Assembly (NCBI GenBank): GCA_951406725.2
Contig: OX597834.1
Location: 38,378,001 to 38,442,000 of the forward strand
Direction of reading: 5' to 3'
DNA: 64,000 nucleotides
From: Octopus vulgaris
Lineage: Eukaryota
This document shows, one piece after another, positions 1-13,880 of the stretch. How positions within the stretch are numbered: the stretch's first letter is position 1; each line of letters starts with the position of its first letter. Position numbers and translations under genes: made by a program. The notes beneath the pieces are model-generated. The model worked only from the letters and a program-made list of their open reading frames with translations, made no database searches and was not told the DNA's origin.

Positions 1-228
1 CTCTTTCACCATAACTTTCTCTCACTCTTACTTCCTGTTTCTGTTGTACCTGTATTTCAAAGGGCCGGCCTTGTCACTCTGTGTCACGCTGAATATCCCC
101 GAGAACTACGTTAAGGGTACACGTGTCTGTGGAGTGCTCAGCCACTTACACGTCAATTTCACGAGCAGGCTGTTCCGTTGATTCGGATCAACCGGAACCC
201 TCGTCGTCGTAACCGACGGAGTGCTTCC
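1..228 (+). mobile_element. 3' part of a tRNA-derived SINE (family C, tail type i), cut by the window edge
   Basis: Near-identical to about 59185-59406 of the full-length copy at 59031-59414. The 59 kb copy lacks the 9 nt AGAACTACG. Confidence 0.9.
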
Positions 229-1330
229 AATATGAACAGCTCCTGCGCTATATCTCAATATGCCTCCGTCTTTTAACGTCTCCGGAAATTTATTGTGATC
301 CAACATATTCTCAGATACTTTTTAATAGGCATTTTTAAAAAAGAATTGTTATAACCGTAATTGTAAATATAGAACTTTTATAGAATGTCCTCAAGTCGGG
401 AATTGCGTACAGAAAATTGTTCTATACAAATGAACTGTTGAAACGAATCATAGTTTTAGATAGTACATAGCTGACTTTCTCACGATGTGCATTTCTTTGC
501 ACAATCAATCATTTTGTAACAATGAGCAGACATTTTCTTTGCAAAATACGTTTTTAGTATAAAGTCAAAAGCAATAAAATTCTATCTGCATTGGTCTATT
601 ATCCATTCTATCATTCCTAACCAGTAAACGCGTTGTGAATGTCGATTATGTATACGTAAGGTATTTGCTATCCTTATGACTGATAATCGGCACTTAATTA
701 ACAAATGATATGAACTAATTATTAATTGTATGCGTCAGATAAAGCGGTTATACTGTAACTACTTTACGCTGAATTAATTATCATCTCTTCATCAAGAATT
801 AAACGGATGTTTTAGTATGCGTTCCATCCGCGTGTATCATATTAGGTTCCAATATTCAATTTCTTTCTCTGTTATTACCGACCTTCTAGTCTTCGACCAA
901 CATCTAATATTTAAAACATGCCTATTAGCCACGATTGCTGAAGTATTTATCACATATACATTTTTCTTCATATTTATATTCTTCATATCAATTCATCATA
1001 TAATTAATTCTACCACATGGTTCATGTCATTGTAAAATTAGTTATCTTACTCGTTTATCGGCCCCATTAAGTATCTTAATTAGTAATTCTTAATTTTCAA
1101 TAAATGGGTTTTAAGAATATTTTGGAGATTTTAATTTTAATTCTAATTTTAACATTTAATTTATGCTGTTACTATTATAAATATTAATTACTATTTTCGT
1201 CTGTATTATCATTTGTTGTCTTTTGACCTACACAGAGTAGTATATACCTATCACTCATTATACACGTTGACATATATTGTAATATTAGTGTATCAGAATC
1301 ATTTGACTACCCTCACTATTACTAAGGTTA

Positions 1331-1499
1331 AGGCAGCGAGCTGACAGAATTTCTTCTGGCACATTAGGTTTTGAGTCCAAAACCTGCCGATGTTAACTTT
1401 GTCTTTCATCATTCGGAATCGATAAAATGAAGTACCAGCCAAGTAGTGGGGTCGATGTAATCGACTAAAACGAGTGGCCCTGTGGTAAAATTTGAAATG
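1331..1499 (+). mobile_element. Degenerate SINE family A
   Basis: AGGCAGCGAGCTGACAGAA head and TTTCATC..TCGATAAAAT.AGTACCAG body match the other family A copies. Confidence 0.75.
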
Positions 1500-1855
1500 C
1501 TAATATTGATAATTATTATTGTTGCTGTCATTGTGATATATTTCCTCTTTTGTAAGAAATATGGCATTGATAATAATATTAATGCTAACGAGATCCGAAT
1601 GACTTTCAAACTAATTTAGATTCTTCACAAATTTACGCATTCTTTGACGCACTTCCATTGCAGTTCAGTATGTCATTTTAAAACCACTGAAGTATAAGAA
1701 TTCCTTTGGACATAGTGTATCTCAATTACTCTTATTAGCCTACTAACCCAAAATATGATTGCCCGTCATCTCTGTTTTTCTATATATGCTACCCTGATCT
1801 TTCTTTGTTGATAGTTTTCCTTTTTCCTCCTTTCTTACTCTTTTATACACAGGGT

Positions 1856-1935
1856 GCGGTGGGACTGAAACCGGAACCATGTGGTTGTGAAGCAAGCTTC
1901 TTACCATACAGCAAGCTTCTTGCCACACAGCCACG
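1856..1935 (-). mobile_element. SINE family B head fragment, next to a (TA)n tract at about 1941-2022
   Basis: GTGGGACTGAAACCGGAACCATGTGG...AAGCTTCTTACC matches the family B head at 29.7 kb and 46.5 kb. Confidence 0.75.
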
Positions 1936-2027
<92 letters not shown>

Positions 2028-5000
2028 CACACACAAACGAAGGGAATATATAATTACCAATTTAACAGAAACCAATTGGTCTATTTCGTATTTCGTAGAT
2101 AGTGTTTACGCTTAGTGAATCTATATTTCCTGGGTAATCTTAACTGTATTTCTGACGTGAAAACAATTCAGAAACATCAAATCCATTCTGTTATGTGATG
2201 AGCAGTGTAAAATTGTGAAGAAGAGGAAAAAATAACACTTGTAACGGCGCCTACACACACGTGCACATGCGCACACATACGCGCACATAAGCGCACAATA
2301 GCGCGCGCGCAAGCACACGGAGACATACAGGTATTTTCACACTAACTCAACACAGATAAATGTAATAAATATATAAGCGAAATAGATATTTTTCACGAAA
2401 TACTTGTTATAATTCCTAAGTCAGCTTATTTCTAATCCGATTTGTATGGCTTCACACGCCGAATTAGATCAGCCACATCAAATAATCCAATCTGTTAAAG
2501 CTGGATTCGCCTTGTTGCGTTGCGTAGCATTGCATGGCATTCAGCGATGTGTTGTGTTGTGTTGTGTTGTGTTGTGTTCCCTAATCAAAGTAAATGACCA
2601 AATTCCATAGGTTTCCATAGAAATATCATTGAAATGAAGATTGTAAACTGCTATGTTTGTTACGTCATATACACTCGTTTCAATAAAAGAATATATAAAC
2701 AAAGTTAAATATAAGGAAACGTAAAATGAAAGTAAAATCTCGAAACGAAAAAAAAAAGCAACATTCTAGAAACAAAAAACCAAAAAAAAAATCAACACTA
2801 AAGTTCTAAGAGAACCTCCTCACTACCTTCCCTTATTGACCACCCCAGACCACGCACTTCTACATTCACGCAGATTGCTCCTTTTCATCTTTATACACAT
2901 GTGCGCGCACACGCACGCACGCACGCATGTACTCATGCACGCACGCAGATTCTGTCTTCCTCCTCTCCACCCTCCTCCCTTTCTATAAACTTGTCATACA
3001 ATTACACATTAATACACGAACGTTCTCTCTTATGCCTCAAACATCTTCTATTTAGACTCTCCGCCCTCTCTCTCTCCCCCTCTTAGACACAGATTCATAA
3101 ACACTAACAGGTACATTCACACACATACACGTACACATACATTAGTATACACACATACACTGGCATGCACACACACACACATACACTCATTGGTATACAC
3201 TCACTGTTTTCATCTATTTTAATCTTTTTTACACACACAGGCATAAGCATACTGTTGCACACGCACACATACACATACACGCACGTACGCAAACACATAC
3301 ACACCTTAATATACATACGTATATACATACATTCACACATACACTGGAGTACATACACATACTCATTGATATATATACTCACTGTTTTTATTTTCCATTT
3401 TAATCTTTACACACACAGACACACATACACGCACACATACGCACACATATACACACGTATGCATACATACGCACGTTTTCATCGCCACCCCCACCGCCGA
3501 ATCCAAGCTCTGTAATGATCCAGTATTTCAGAGGTTGTCGTGATTTGCTGTGAAGTTCATACCGCTCTAGCAGAAAGTCCAGAACTGAATTGTGGACTCG
3601 GTTTCTTGAAAGAATATTTCCGATTAACCATCAGTTAATCAGTTTTTACATTATAAATTCAAATTCTGTAGTTATCATTTTTTTCATTCTTTTAGGAGTA
3701 ATCATATGATTAGTTAGCTCTTGGTCAGCAATGATCGAGAATCAAAATAAGATGCAGTCACGATTGTTAAAGGATCTAGGACTAAAGTATCGTTACATTT
3801 ATATATATGTCTATATTTCAAAACAACAATGTGTTGAGTTATTTCACTTTATATAAACGAAGGAACTTAACCATTCGGTAATTAGCTATCGGGAAAATAA
3901 TTACGAGACAGAAATAAGTCGTAGGATCGATATGGCAGATCCAATTTTTCCAGTGGTGCACTAACTTGGCCGCAATCTAATGACTGAATGTTGTAAAAGT
4001 ATAAAAAAATAATGTATAAAAAAAGTAAGATATGTAAGGCTTGTGCCTCTGGCTTTCATCAGTAAGCATGTCGTAATTTTATTCTGCCATAGAACTTTGT
4101 CTGAGACTAGAGTGCTTAGGAGTGATATATTGAATGACGTGCTCAGAAAATTCTTGACTATTTAAAATCCTAGCGTCAGTTGTTAGCAACTTTCAAATAA
4201 AAGGGGAAACAAGTTTAAGAAATTAAGACTTGAACTCTCAGAAGGAAATTCTAATCTTTGCTTGCAGTTAATGGGGACAAATATGAATATTTTCTGGTCT
4301 AACAAACCTGTTTCAGTATAGTATAGTGTGACTAAGCTTGCCCATCAGTTGACATACATTTTTACTTATAGGAAGTAACAAATAATATTTGGCCAATAGC
4401 AGATTGTGTTATACCACATTGACGATTTTCTAAACTAGCTTATACATTTTATCTGGGAATTGTACTTGTATCGCAATTACTTTGAACTCAATACTTCAAA
4501 CACACACACACACACACACGCAATCACACACATACACACATAGAGAAAGAGAGAGAGAGAGAGAGAGTGGGTGAAAGAGAGGATGTGCACTTCGCAATAG
4601 GTTTTAGTTGCCATAATTATTTAGTTCTAAGCAAGTAGATTTATTATCACTTTTCTTTCTTCGCGTTTTGTTTGTCTATCCCGTTCCGTAAAGACCCTCC
4701 AGCAAATAACAGCAAATAGAAAGGGTGGCGGGGGTGAGGGAGCACATTATTGAATGCTCAAGGTTATTGTGTTTCCGCTTTAGGAAATTGTAAAATAGAA
4801 TAACTACCACCTTCACCGCCACCCAATCTCTCACAGCCACTACTCTATCACTCAAAATAGTACAAAAAAGAAAAAAATCACATCAATAATATGGCATTCA
4901 GGTTTAAGAAATTTCAAACTTTATTCCAATTAAGAGAACTGACGGAATTTATAGGTGGATCTGAGAGATGTTTTAAATGTAATAAATCAAGAGAAATTTA

Positions 5001-5744
5001 GTTACGTGCTTCTGCCATATATTTCCAGTTTTCTATTTCATTCTAATCAATTTTCTTCTTTTACTTATTAATATGCTTTTCTTTTTCTATATATTCTTAT
5101 CTTATACTTTTGTTGTTCTGTTTTGTTTTTGACTTTTATTCCAGCTCTTTTTAAGTAACAGAACTGAAAATCTAGAACAACAAAATGTAGTTTATTAAAA
5201 TGGTTCTGCCAATTAACAGTAGCGGTGTGGTATTTTAAATTCTGAGATTTTAATTGCAGATATCAAACGCCCCTCTCCACCGCCTCCTCGTTCTCTCTTC
5301 TTTACTGAGTTCATTCTGTATTACCGCCACATACACACATACACACAGTTACATACACACACGCACACTTATATATGCATACTTATACATACACGTGAAT
5401 AATTATCCTTAGTTTTCTGTGCTTTTTACAAAATAAAATCTGCAGTAACATGCATCGATGTTTAGTTAATCCGATATTAATCAGAAGGGAGAATTATGTA
5501 ACATTTATATTTCACGTATAATCATTTTATCACAACACGAAAATCTTAAAAACTCGGTTGCTCAAGACAAAACTGCTTATGCCCCTTCTTCCTGCCAGAC
5601 GAATGAGCACGTGAGCATTTTATTGGATTTCTAAAGCCATGCAGTTTTTATTTTCATAGCTTGCAGATTTCACTTGCGCGTGTTTCCAACACAATGGCTG
5701 CTATAATGCAACCCTTGCAGCTTTGGCTGCATGTTTTCCTTATG

Positions 5745-6155
5745 ACGAGCTGGCAGAAGCATTAACGCGCCGGGCGAAATGCTTTGCGGTATTTCGTCTG
5801 CCGTTACGTTCTGAGTTCAAATTCCGCCGAGGTCGACTTTGCCTTTCATCCTTTCGGGGTCGATAAAATAAGTACCAGTTACGCATTGGGATCGATATAA
5901 TCGACTTAATCCGTGTGTCTGTCCTTGTTTGTCCTCTCTGTGTTTAGCCCCTTGTGGGTAGTAAAGAAATAGGTATTTCATCTGCCGTTACGTTCTGAGT
6001 TCAAAATTCCGCCGAGGTGGACTTTGCCTTTCATCCTTTCGGGGTCGATAAAATAAGTACCAGTTACGCACTTGGGTCGATGTAATCGACTTAATACCTA
6101 TGTCTGTCCTTGCTTGTCCCATCTGTGTTTAACCCCTTGTGGGCAATAAAGAAAT
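5745..6155 (+). mobile_element. SINE family A with a tandemly duplicated 3' half
   Basis: Head CGAGCTGGCAGAA...GTTCAAATTCC (B-box-like). The body GGTATTTC..TCTGCCGTTACGTTCTGAG...TAAAGAAAT occurs twice (about 5788-5971 and 5972-6155). Confidence 0.9.
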
Positions 6156-6264
6156 TTAATATTTTACAACATCTAATTTTGGTTCTTAACCAATTGATTT
6201 ATTCCTTTTGTGACCATTTTAATTTAAACATATACAAACCGATATAAATAATTAATTCTAGTGA

Positions 6265-6450
6265 AATTTTGGGAGGGAGCTAATCGATTACATTGATCCC
6301 AGTGCGCAACTAGTACTTATTTTATCGACCCCGAAAGGACGAAAGGCAAAGTCGACCTCGGTGGAATTTGAACCCGGAACGTAAATACAGATGAAATGCC
6401 GCTAAGCATTTTACCCGGCGTGAGCACGCTTCATGCTAGCTCGCCGACTT
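6265..6450 (-). mobile_element. SINE family A, reverse orientation
   Basis: GTACTTATTTTATCGACCCCGAAAGGACGAAAGGCAAAGTCGACCTCGG is the reverse complement of the family A body. Confidence 0.85.
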
Positions 6451-6710
6451 AACAATAACAACAACAACAACAACAACAGCAACAACAACTACGACGATCA
6501 CAATGTAATTGCGTGCGAAATTAGTATCATAATTTTCCTCAGTTGCGTATCCAGAGAAGGTCTTTCATAAGAGAAGATCTTTCATAAAACGCGTTCGCCA
6601 TCCTAACATTTTTATATATGTAAAACTACATTATTCAATATGTCCTTTCTTTTTAAACAATACCAAGTGAGATTTCAGATAATTCGCTTTTTCTAGCGGC
6701 TTTTTCATAT

Positions 6711-7022
6711 TCCTCCTCCTCCTCCTCCTCCTCCCCCCCTCCTTGTCGTCGTCGTTGATTGTGTTCTTCTTTTTGCTCGTCGTCAACATCGACTAATGTC
6801 ATCGTTGTTGTCATTATCACCAAAGTCGATGTCATGGTCGTTATTGTCCACATCGGCAAAGTTGTCGTCGTCATCATGATCATCATGATCATCATGGTCA
6901 TCATCATCACCTTCTTCTTCTTCTTCTTCTTCTTCTTCTTCTTCTTCTTCTTCTTCTTCTTCTTCTTCTTCTTCTTCTTCTTCTTCTTCTTCTTCTTCTT
7001 CTTCTTCTTCTTCTTCTTCTTC
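6711..7022. repeat. Compound trinucleotide microsatellite (CCT)n/(CAT)n/(CTT)n
   Basis: Directly visible. It accounts for the poly-K/E/F ORFs. Confidence 0.95.
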
Positions 7023-7421
7023 ATACCATTCACTAATCATCATCAATCTTTTTGCTAGATGACCACCGTCATAACTCCACTGTCAATTAGTTTAATTACA
7101 CGAAATCATTACATTTATTCTAGCCGCTTTTCCATTGCATCCACATACTTTTCTCCCTATTTCTTCTCCTTCTCATCCTTGTATTATATACATCCTCCCC
7201 TCTCCTTCCCTCTATTAATCTCTCTCATTCATTCACCTTCTTAAATGTCACAATTTCTATATCTTCCCAACATCTCTTATATTTCTGTTATCTTACATTT
7301 TGTGTTTTCCCTTCTTTTCATATTTCACTGCATCTTCTCTCGAACCCCAACCTCTCATTCACCAAGAGAAAATCTTTTACGTATGTTACTCCATTATAAC
7401 CATTAATATATATATATATAT

Positions 7422-7590
7422 AAGGCGGCGAGCTGGCAGAATTGTTGGCATGTCGGATATAATGCTTAGCTGCATTCAGTATGTTTTTACGTTCTGAGTA
7501 CAAATTCCCTTGAGACCAACTTTGGGAGGTCGATAAAATAAGTACTAGTTGAGCACAGGCGTCGATGTAACCGACTAGCCACCTCTCTCA
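7422..7590 (+). mobile_element. SINE family A, diverged
   Basis: AAGGCGGCGAGCTGGCAGAA head and GTCGATAAAATAAGTACTAG body. Confidence 0.8.
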
Positions 7591-7617
7591 GAACGATTGC
7601 ACAAGCACACTCACGCA

Positions 7618-7652
<35 letters not shown>

Positions 7653-7856
7653 AGTTATATACTCCTTAACTATTCATTCATATTGGGTTTTGGATAACAT
7701 TAGCATTTGACTTTCCCACCTCTTTTTACGGTTTATTATCGGAAGAAAATTGTTTGTATGTCACAAAGATTATATGGCGTAGCTTTGACACGTCTTTCTT
7801 ATTTAGCCCCAAATCAACTCTGAATCGCGATCACCTCAGCTTTTTTTCTAGCATAA

Positions 7857-8093
7857 TACTTGTTTCTTTACTACCCACAAGGGGCTAAACAAAGAGAGGA
7901 CAAACAAGGACAGACAAACGGAGTAAGTCGATTATATCGACCCCAGTGCGTAACTGGTACTTAATTTATCGACCCCGAAAGGATGAAAGGCAAAGTCGAC
8001 CTCGGCGGAATTTGAACTCAGAACGTAGCCGCAGACGAAATACCGCTAAGCATTTTGCCCGGCTTGCTAACGATTCTGCCAGCTCGCCGCCTT
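7857..8093 (-). mobile_element. SINE family A, near full length
   Basis: High-identity reverse complement of 5745-5971, ending CTGCCAGCTCGCCGCCTT. Confidence 0.9.
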
Positions 8094-8696
8094 ACTGTCC
8101 AGAACTACATAATCCAATTTGGCCCCTTCCGTTTTAAAGCGGTAGGATGTGATCAGAGAAATGTTTTGTTGCGATTTATAGTAGACGAAACTGCCATATA
8201 GAGGCTTCTTCTCCTTAGGTCGTCATTGAAATGTTTCAGTCGTAGGTAAGAGCTAACACTATCATTTAGAATATCCCTTCATATGTGTCTGATTAATTTA
8301 TCTACTGGCTCAAATAAAAGGATTACTGTTAAGTCCCTCATTATCCGAGATTTCTTCTTCATCTCTAAAGGACAGATTGCTTAACAGCTTGCTGCTTTAA
8401 CGAGATCATGTTATAAGGTCGATTGAACACGCTGTTGTGTTGTCAAAGGATCAAATGAATCAACCTTTGCCCAAACAACCTCGAAGTTGCAGGTCAACGT
8501 AGCACAGTCACGTGTCAAAAATTAACCGAATTCAGTTGAATGAGATGACAATTTTGAGATTGAAGTAGGTCAATATCTGCACAAAATAGATCAATGGAAT
8601 GTTTGATCAACCATGATAAATAATTATAGTTTCTAACCCAAAACATGGTTGTAGAGAAAACACACCAGATCTCAGGGGATGGAAGGATTATCTACT

Positions 8697-8710
8697 TCCT
8701 TACTTCCTTC

Positions 8711-8759
<49 letters not shown>

Positions 8760-8962
8760 TTCCTTCCTTTCTTTCTTTCTTTTTTCCTTCTTTCCTTCCT
8801 TTCTTTCTTCCTTTCTTCCTTTTTTCTTTCTTTCTTTCTTCCTTGCTTTCTTTCTTTCTTTCATTCATTCATTATCTTCTTCTTCTTCTTCTTCTTCTTC
8901 TTCTTCTTCCTATTCTTCTTCCTATTCTTCTCCTCCTCCTCCTTCTGCTGCTGCTGCTAGCA
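8697..8962. repeat. Polypyrimidine (CTTT)n/(CTT)n microsatellite
   Basis: Directly visible. Confidence 0.95.
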
Positions 8963-9239
8963 GTATCGACGAAGCGTTGAAGATCGCCAGCAACAACAAC
9001 AACGCCTACAGTAAGGGTGACAACAACAACAACAGCATTCCCGCCACAGGCACTATGACATGTCGACCAAGCATCTCACCAAAAGACATCCCCGACCCCA
9101 CTCTCTGGAGGGGAAACTTTGATCTTGTGGCGCCGTCAAGAATTTCTCAGTCTCAGCCAATGTGGCGATTAATCCTTGCTATTTGCCACTAAATTCAGTT
9201 TTTTTTTTTTTTTCAGTCATTGGCTAAGTAGAAGCTTTT

Positions 9240-11400
9240 CTTACCATCGCTTAAGCATGGCATCCTATAACCTCTTTTTAAGCTTATAATTTAACCTCTT
9301 TGCAGTGTCTGTTTGCTTATCACTGTCTTTTGTAACGATGTCTCATTTCAGCGTTTGCTTCGTATTTTTAGTTTCTTTGAAGAAAGAAAATAATATTATT
9401 CTTGTTTCAAAGCGATTTGTATTAATTTTCCATGTTTTTTTTTTGTTAGTCTGAATGAATATTTCATAATAGTGTTTGGTTGCATATGGCTCCATCGCCC
9501 TATATTTGTGACAAATATCATTTCTGTACGTCAAATTTCGGGTAATGTACTTAAGATGCTGTCATTGTTTTTCTTGTATTTTATGTCTGGGTCTTGCTAG
9601 TTTCTTTAGAGCTCAGTTGCTTATTGCTCGCACAGCTGTAGTACTTTTGCATATTAACTTATTTTTTGCATCTAGCTCTATTTTAAGTATGGATCTCAAG
9701 CGCCCATAACATTCATTCCTAATCTGCTCTTTAATTTCTGTGTTGTACATTGTCTTATAAATACACGTTTTTATAAGCGTTTGTATGCCCGTATTTAGTT
9801 TAACTCACTTGTGTTTTTACTGCTCTTCAAAGTTATCCAAACGTCTTTTTCTAATCCGAATTCTCTCTTAAATTCATGAACTGTGAGTAATAGTGTTTCT
9901 AGTTGGTTACCATTTGCTGCATACAAATTAAGGTCATGCACATACAAATAATGGTTGATAATCTTACCATAGCTTTTGTATCTGAATCCAGATCTATTTA
10001 ATATGTTGATTGAAGGCGTCAACGCTTAACAGAAAAGTTATGGAAGCAGGTATGTCCCGTTGGAATATTCTTTTTCTCCCGGGAAAAAATTTTGTTTTAT
10101 AATCTCCTCTTTTGACTGTATCTGCAAAATTGTTTACCACTTATATACTTTATCAATTTACTGGTACTACTTTACACTTAACTAATATTCCTCCCAGGAC
10201 CCGTGTGTGTGAAAAACTGTCAAAAGCCTTTTGGTGGTTACTTTATGCCATGCTCAAATCTTTCTCAATACTGCTGTCTTTGGATATGGTTTTGTTGATC
10301 AGTAATTGATCTTTACAAACATAGTAGTCTTTGCAGCATCTCTTCTACTCTTCTGGAAACAAACTGACTTATTTGTTAGGTGTTTACTCTCTGCAATATT
10401 ATTGCAGTTAAGTTTTATAGGTTATAGGAAGGCAGATTATGGGTTTGTAGTTTTAAAGGTTTGCTGTTTCTTTAGTTTTGTGGATTAAGGTAGTTTTTTT
10501 CTTCAGTAATCCAATCAGCTATTGCCATCACCTCCTCAGAATCTCATTAAACTTCTTCGTGAAGCACTTTATGTGTTCCGAATAAATATTTTAATTAGAG
10601 GTTTGAAATGTTATCAAGTTCTAGTGCTTTACTTTGTTTTTGTCGTTATGGCTTTCCACGATTCTTCAACTGATGGCGTTCGTAGTTTTGGACAACCTTT
10701 TATGTGGTGATTTCTTCACTGTGCATTTCCTCCTACCAAACACTTCTACTTTTCTTGCTGTTGGTGCTATATTGACTTCCATTCTATTTTTTTAACAAAA
10801 TGTTGATAAAATCGTTCTAGTAGAAGCTGAATGGTTTAGGTTGTTCAAAGAATCTTTGACATTTTACATATGAACAAATTATTAAAGATTTAGCAAAGTT
10901 CTCTTGTTTCAGGTGTCCTTACTCTTTTTTTCATATATTTCTGTAGAATTTGTCTTTATTTCCTATCTTTTCATCCCTAAGATTTTATTATTGATTTCAT
11001 TAAGGATTATAAGATCTTTTCTAATATTTCTTTTTTTCAATATATTTGTTTTCCATATTGATCACTTGAGTTTCCATGTACATATCTGAGTAGACCTCTG
11101 GGTGCATATATTTCATTTAACCGGGTGATATTGATATTTCTGTTCGTTTTAGTTGAGCCATTGATGGTTAAGTTTACTTCTTTTTAACGCTGTTGCTTTT
11201 TTTATAACCGAATTATATCCTTTAAAGGATCTCTCATTGGCCCGTAGGAAAATCTTCTATCAAGGTGATTCTTGAATTATTTCCACCTTTAGATTTTCAT
11301 GGTCATGATTTCCATATTTTTGAATTTCCTATTCTGAAATCTTCCAGTTTTCTTTTATTTAAATATTAGAATTGTTCTGGTTTTGTTGGTCAGTAAATTA
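9240..11400 (-). mobile_element. Heavily decayed R4/Dong-like non-LTR retrotransposon (RT remnant)
   Basis: ORF 9795-10022 reads INHYLYVHDLNLYA...REFGLEK (compare INHLLYMDDLKLYA...FGLDKC). Upstream minus-strand remnants are RIFQRD (about 10060, compare GIFQGD) and QKAFDS (about 10225). Many stops and frameshifts; boundaries approximate. Confidence 0.7.
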
Positions 11401-11739
11401 TATGTGCCCATAAATTTTGCCGGGTACTTACATGGTACCAGTCAAGTACCGGTGTAATGTCATCGACTTAACCCTCTCCTCAAAATTGCTGGCCTTTGTA
11501 CCAAATTAGCATAAAGCCGAAATGATTGAGGAAAGACGCCTTCTTTGGTCAATCCCTCATCGACATTTTTTGTTCCAATGGGGACAGAAAGTGAGGATGG
11601 AGTGAGAAGTGTTATCTCTGAGTAAATTTGTGTAAAGCTGGGAGAATGTGGAAGACATTTTCAGAAGCTGACTTGCTTCAAAGCACAGTAGCGTTTGTTC
11701 GGTTCTCAAAGTAAACTGTCATGTCTCGGAACTGTTTTA

Positions 11740-11965
11740 TGCTCTGAGTTTAAAATTCCTCCAATTTGTTTTTCATCCTTCAGGTCGATAATATAAGTTC
11801 CAGTCAAGGTCGACGGAACCGATTGGTTTCCTCACCGCCTTTAAGAATTATTATTATCTTAAGGCGGCAAACTGGCAGAATCGTTCGCATGCCGGGCGAA
11901 ATGCACAGCGGTACTTCGTCTGTCTGAAAACAAAAATTCCAGGCCTTGTGCCAATAGTAGAAAGG
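11740..11965 (+). mobile_element. SINE family A fragments
   Basis: TTTCATCCTTCAGGTCGATAA and AAGGCGGCAAACTGGCAGAATCGTT. Confidence 0.7.
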
Positions 11966-11989
11966 ATTATTATCATCATTATCATCATC

Positions 11990-12316
11990 ACTAGTTCTCA
12001 ACCAGGGTCCATATAATATTTTGTGGGGTCCATGTAACAGAATAATAAATTGGGGATCCACAATAGTATTTTAAGGGCCCATGAGAAAATTTTGCTTTAG
12101 ATGTATGTATTGCAAGAAACAGCTAGGTTTCCTTTTCGAGCATTTTACATAATTCAACCTAGACGAGTTAATATATGAAAAACAAAAAGAAAGAATTTTG
12201 AAAGATGTTTCTATAAAACTCGTTTTTAAACATGGAATGGTTAGGGTGGGGGAGGGTCCACCAGAATGAAATAGTAATCAAAGGGTCCATTGATAAAAAG
12301 AGACTTAGAACCCCTG
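11990..12316 (-). mobile_element. hAT-type MITE, diverged copy
   Basis: Termini GTTCTCAACC...TTAGAACCCCTG and internal GGGTCCA(T) repeats are shared with 37447-37699. Confidence 0.65.
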
Positions 12317-12339
12317 ATCATGATCATCGAAGCGTCCAT

Positions 12340-12488
12340 CTTTACTTTCTGAGTTCAAATCCCGCTAGGTCGACTTTGTCTTTCATCTTTTCGGGGTCGA
12401 TAAATTAAGTGCCATTTGGTCACTGGAATTGATGTAATCGACTTGCTCTCTCCCTCGAATTTGTTGTCCTTGTGCCAAAATTCGAAAC

Positions 12489-12490
<2 letters not shown>
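12340..12490 (+). mobile_element. SINE family A, 3' portion
   Basis: TTCTGAGTTCAAATCCCGCTAGGTCGACTTTGTCTTTCATC...GTCGATAAATTAAGT. Confidence 0.8.
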
Positions 12491-12523
<33 letters not shown>

Positions 12524-13049
12524 CCATCATCAACATCATTATCAGCAGCAGCAGCAGCAGTAGTAGTTAGCAGTAGTAGTAGTAGTAGTAGTATCATCAG
12601 CAGCAGCAATAGCAAAAGAGGCAGCAACGGCTGCAGCAGCAGCAGAGGAGCAGCAGCAAAAGTTGCGATGGCGGTGGTTCTATCTTCAAGGAAAGCACTA
12701 GTAGTTGTAGTATGTTCATCATATTACTATAAATGATAAAGGCAATATTATCATCATGTGCTGTAAGACAGCGAAATAATGCTGCACTGATTGCATCGTC
12801 TGACGGAGTGCGACTATTATTAGAGAAAGCCATAGAATTGCTACTGTGTCATCTCAGTAGAGAAAGGTCAAACAATGCTTACATACTGTTTATAGTCTTA
12901 ACAACTAGCGCTGTAGTATTGATGTCACTGAAGCTTCAGACACACGCGCCATACAGGCACAGACACACTTAAACAGTAGTATATTCCCGCCACGCACACA
13001 CACACACATACTACCATATATAGAGATATATAAAGGAAAGATATATATT

Positions 13050-13309
13050 TTATTTATGGGTGTATATGTATGTTATTGTGTGCGTGTGCGTTTGTGAAGG
13101 TACGCATATATATTCATATATACAAACATACATACACACACACACACACATATATATGCATCTATATACACACCCAAACATACACAGACTCATACTTGTA
13201 TTCGTGCACATACACTTACATATATACATATATATATATGCATATATGTATAAATGTGTATATGTATATATGTGTATATGTGTGTGTATATATGCATCTG
13301 CATATCCAC

Positions 13310-13358
<49 letters not shown>

Positions 13359-13432
13359 TACACACACACACATATATATATATACATACACACAGAAACT
13401 CAGACACACTTATACAAACATATATATGTATG

Positions 13433-13485
<53 letters not shown>

Positions 13486-13582
13486 CTATATATAGATACA
13501 TACATACATACATACATACATACATACATACATACATACATACATACATACATACATACATACATACATACATGTATACATA
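13050..13582. repeat. Compound (TA)n/(CA)n/(TCTA)n/(TACA)n microsatellite
   Basis: Directly visible. Confidence 0.95.
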
Positions 13583-13624
13583 ACTGAACAAAAGTAATAT
13601 GATTTGCAATATAGAAAACAAGGT

Positions 13625-13880
13625 AAGGCAGTGAGTTGGCAGAATCATTAGCACGCCGGACAAAATGCTTAGCGGTATTTCGTCCGTCTTTACGTTCTAG
13701 ATTTAAATTTCGCTGAGGTCGAATTTGCCTTTCATCCTTTTCGATTGACTTTACCTTTCATCCTTTTTCTTTAATCCTTTTGGGTTCGATAAAATAAGCA
13801 CCACTTGATCACTGGAGTCGATGTAATCAACTTACGCTCTCCCCACTAAATTGTTGGCCTTGTGTCGAAATTCGAAACAA
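13625..13880 (+). mobile_element. SINE family A with an internally repeated CCTTTCATCCTTT segment
   Basis: AAGGCAGTGAGTTGGCAGAATC head; the segment is repeated at about 13728-13780. Confidence 0.8.
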
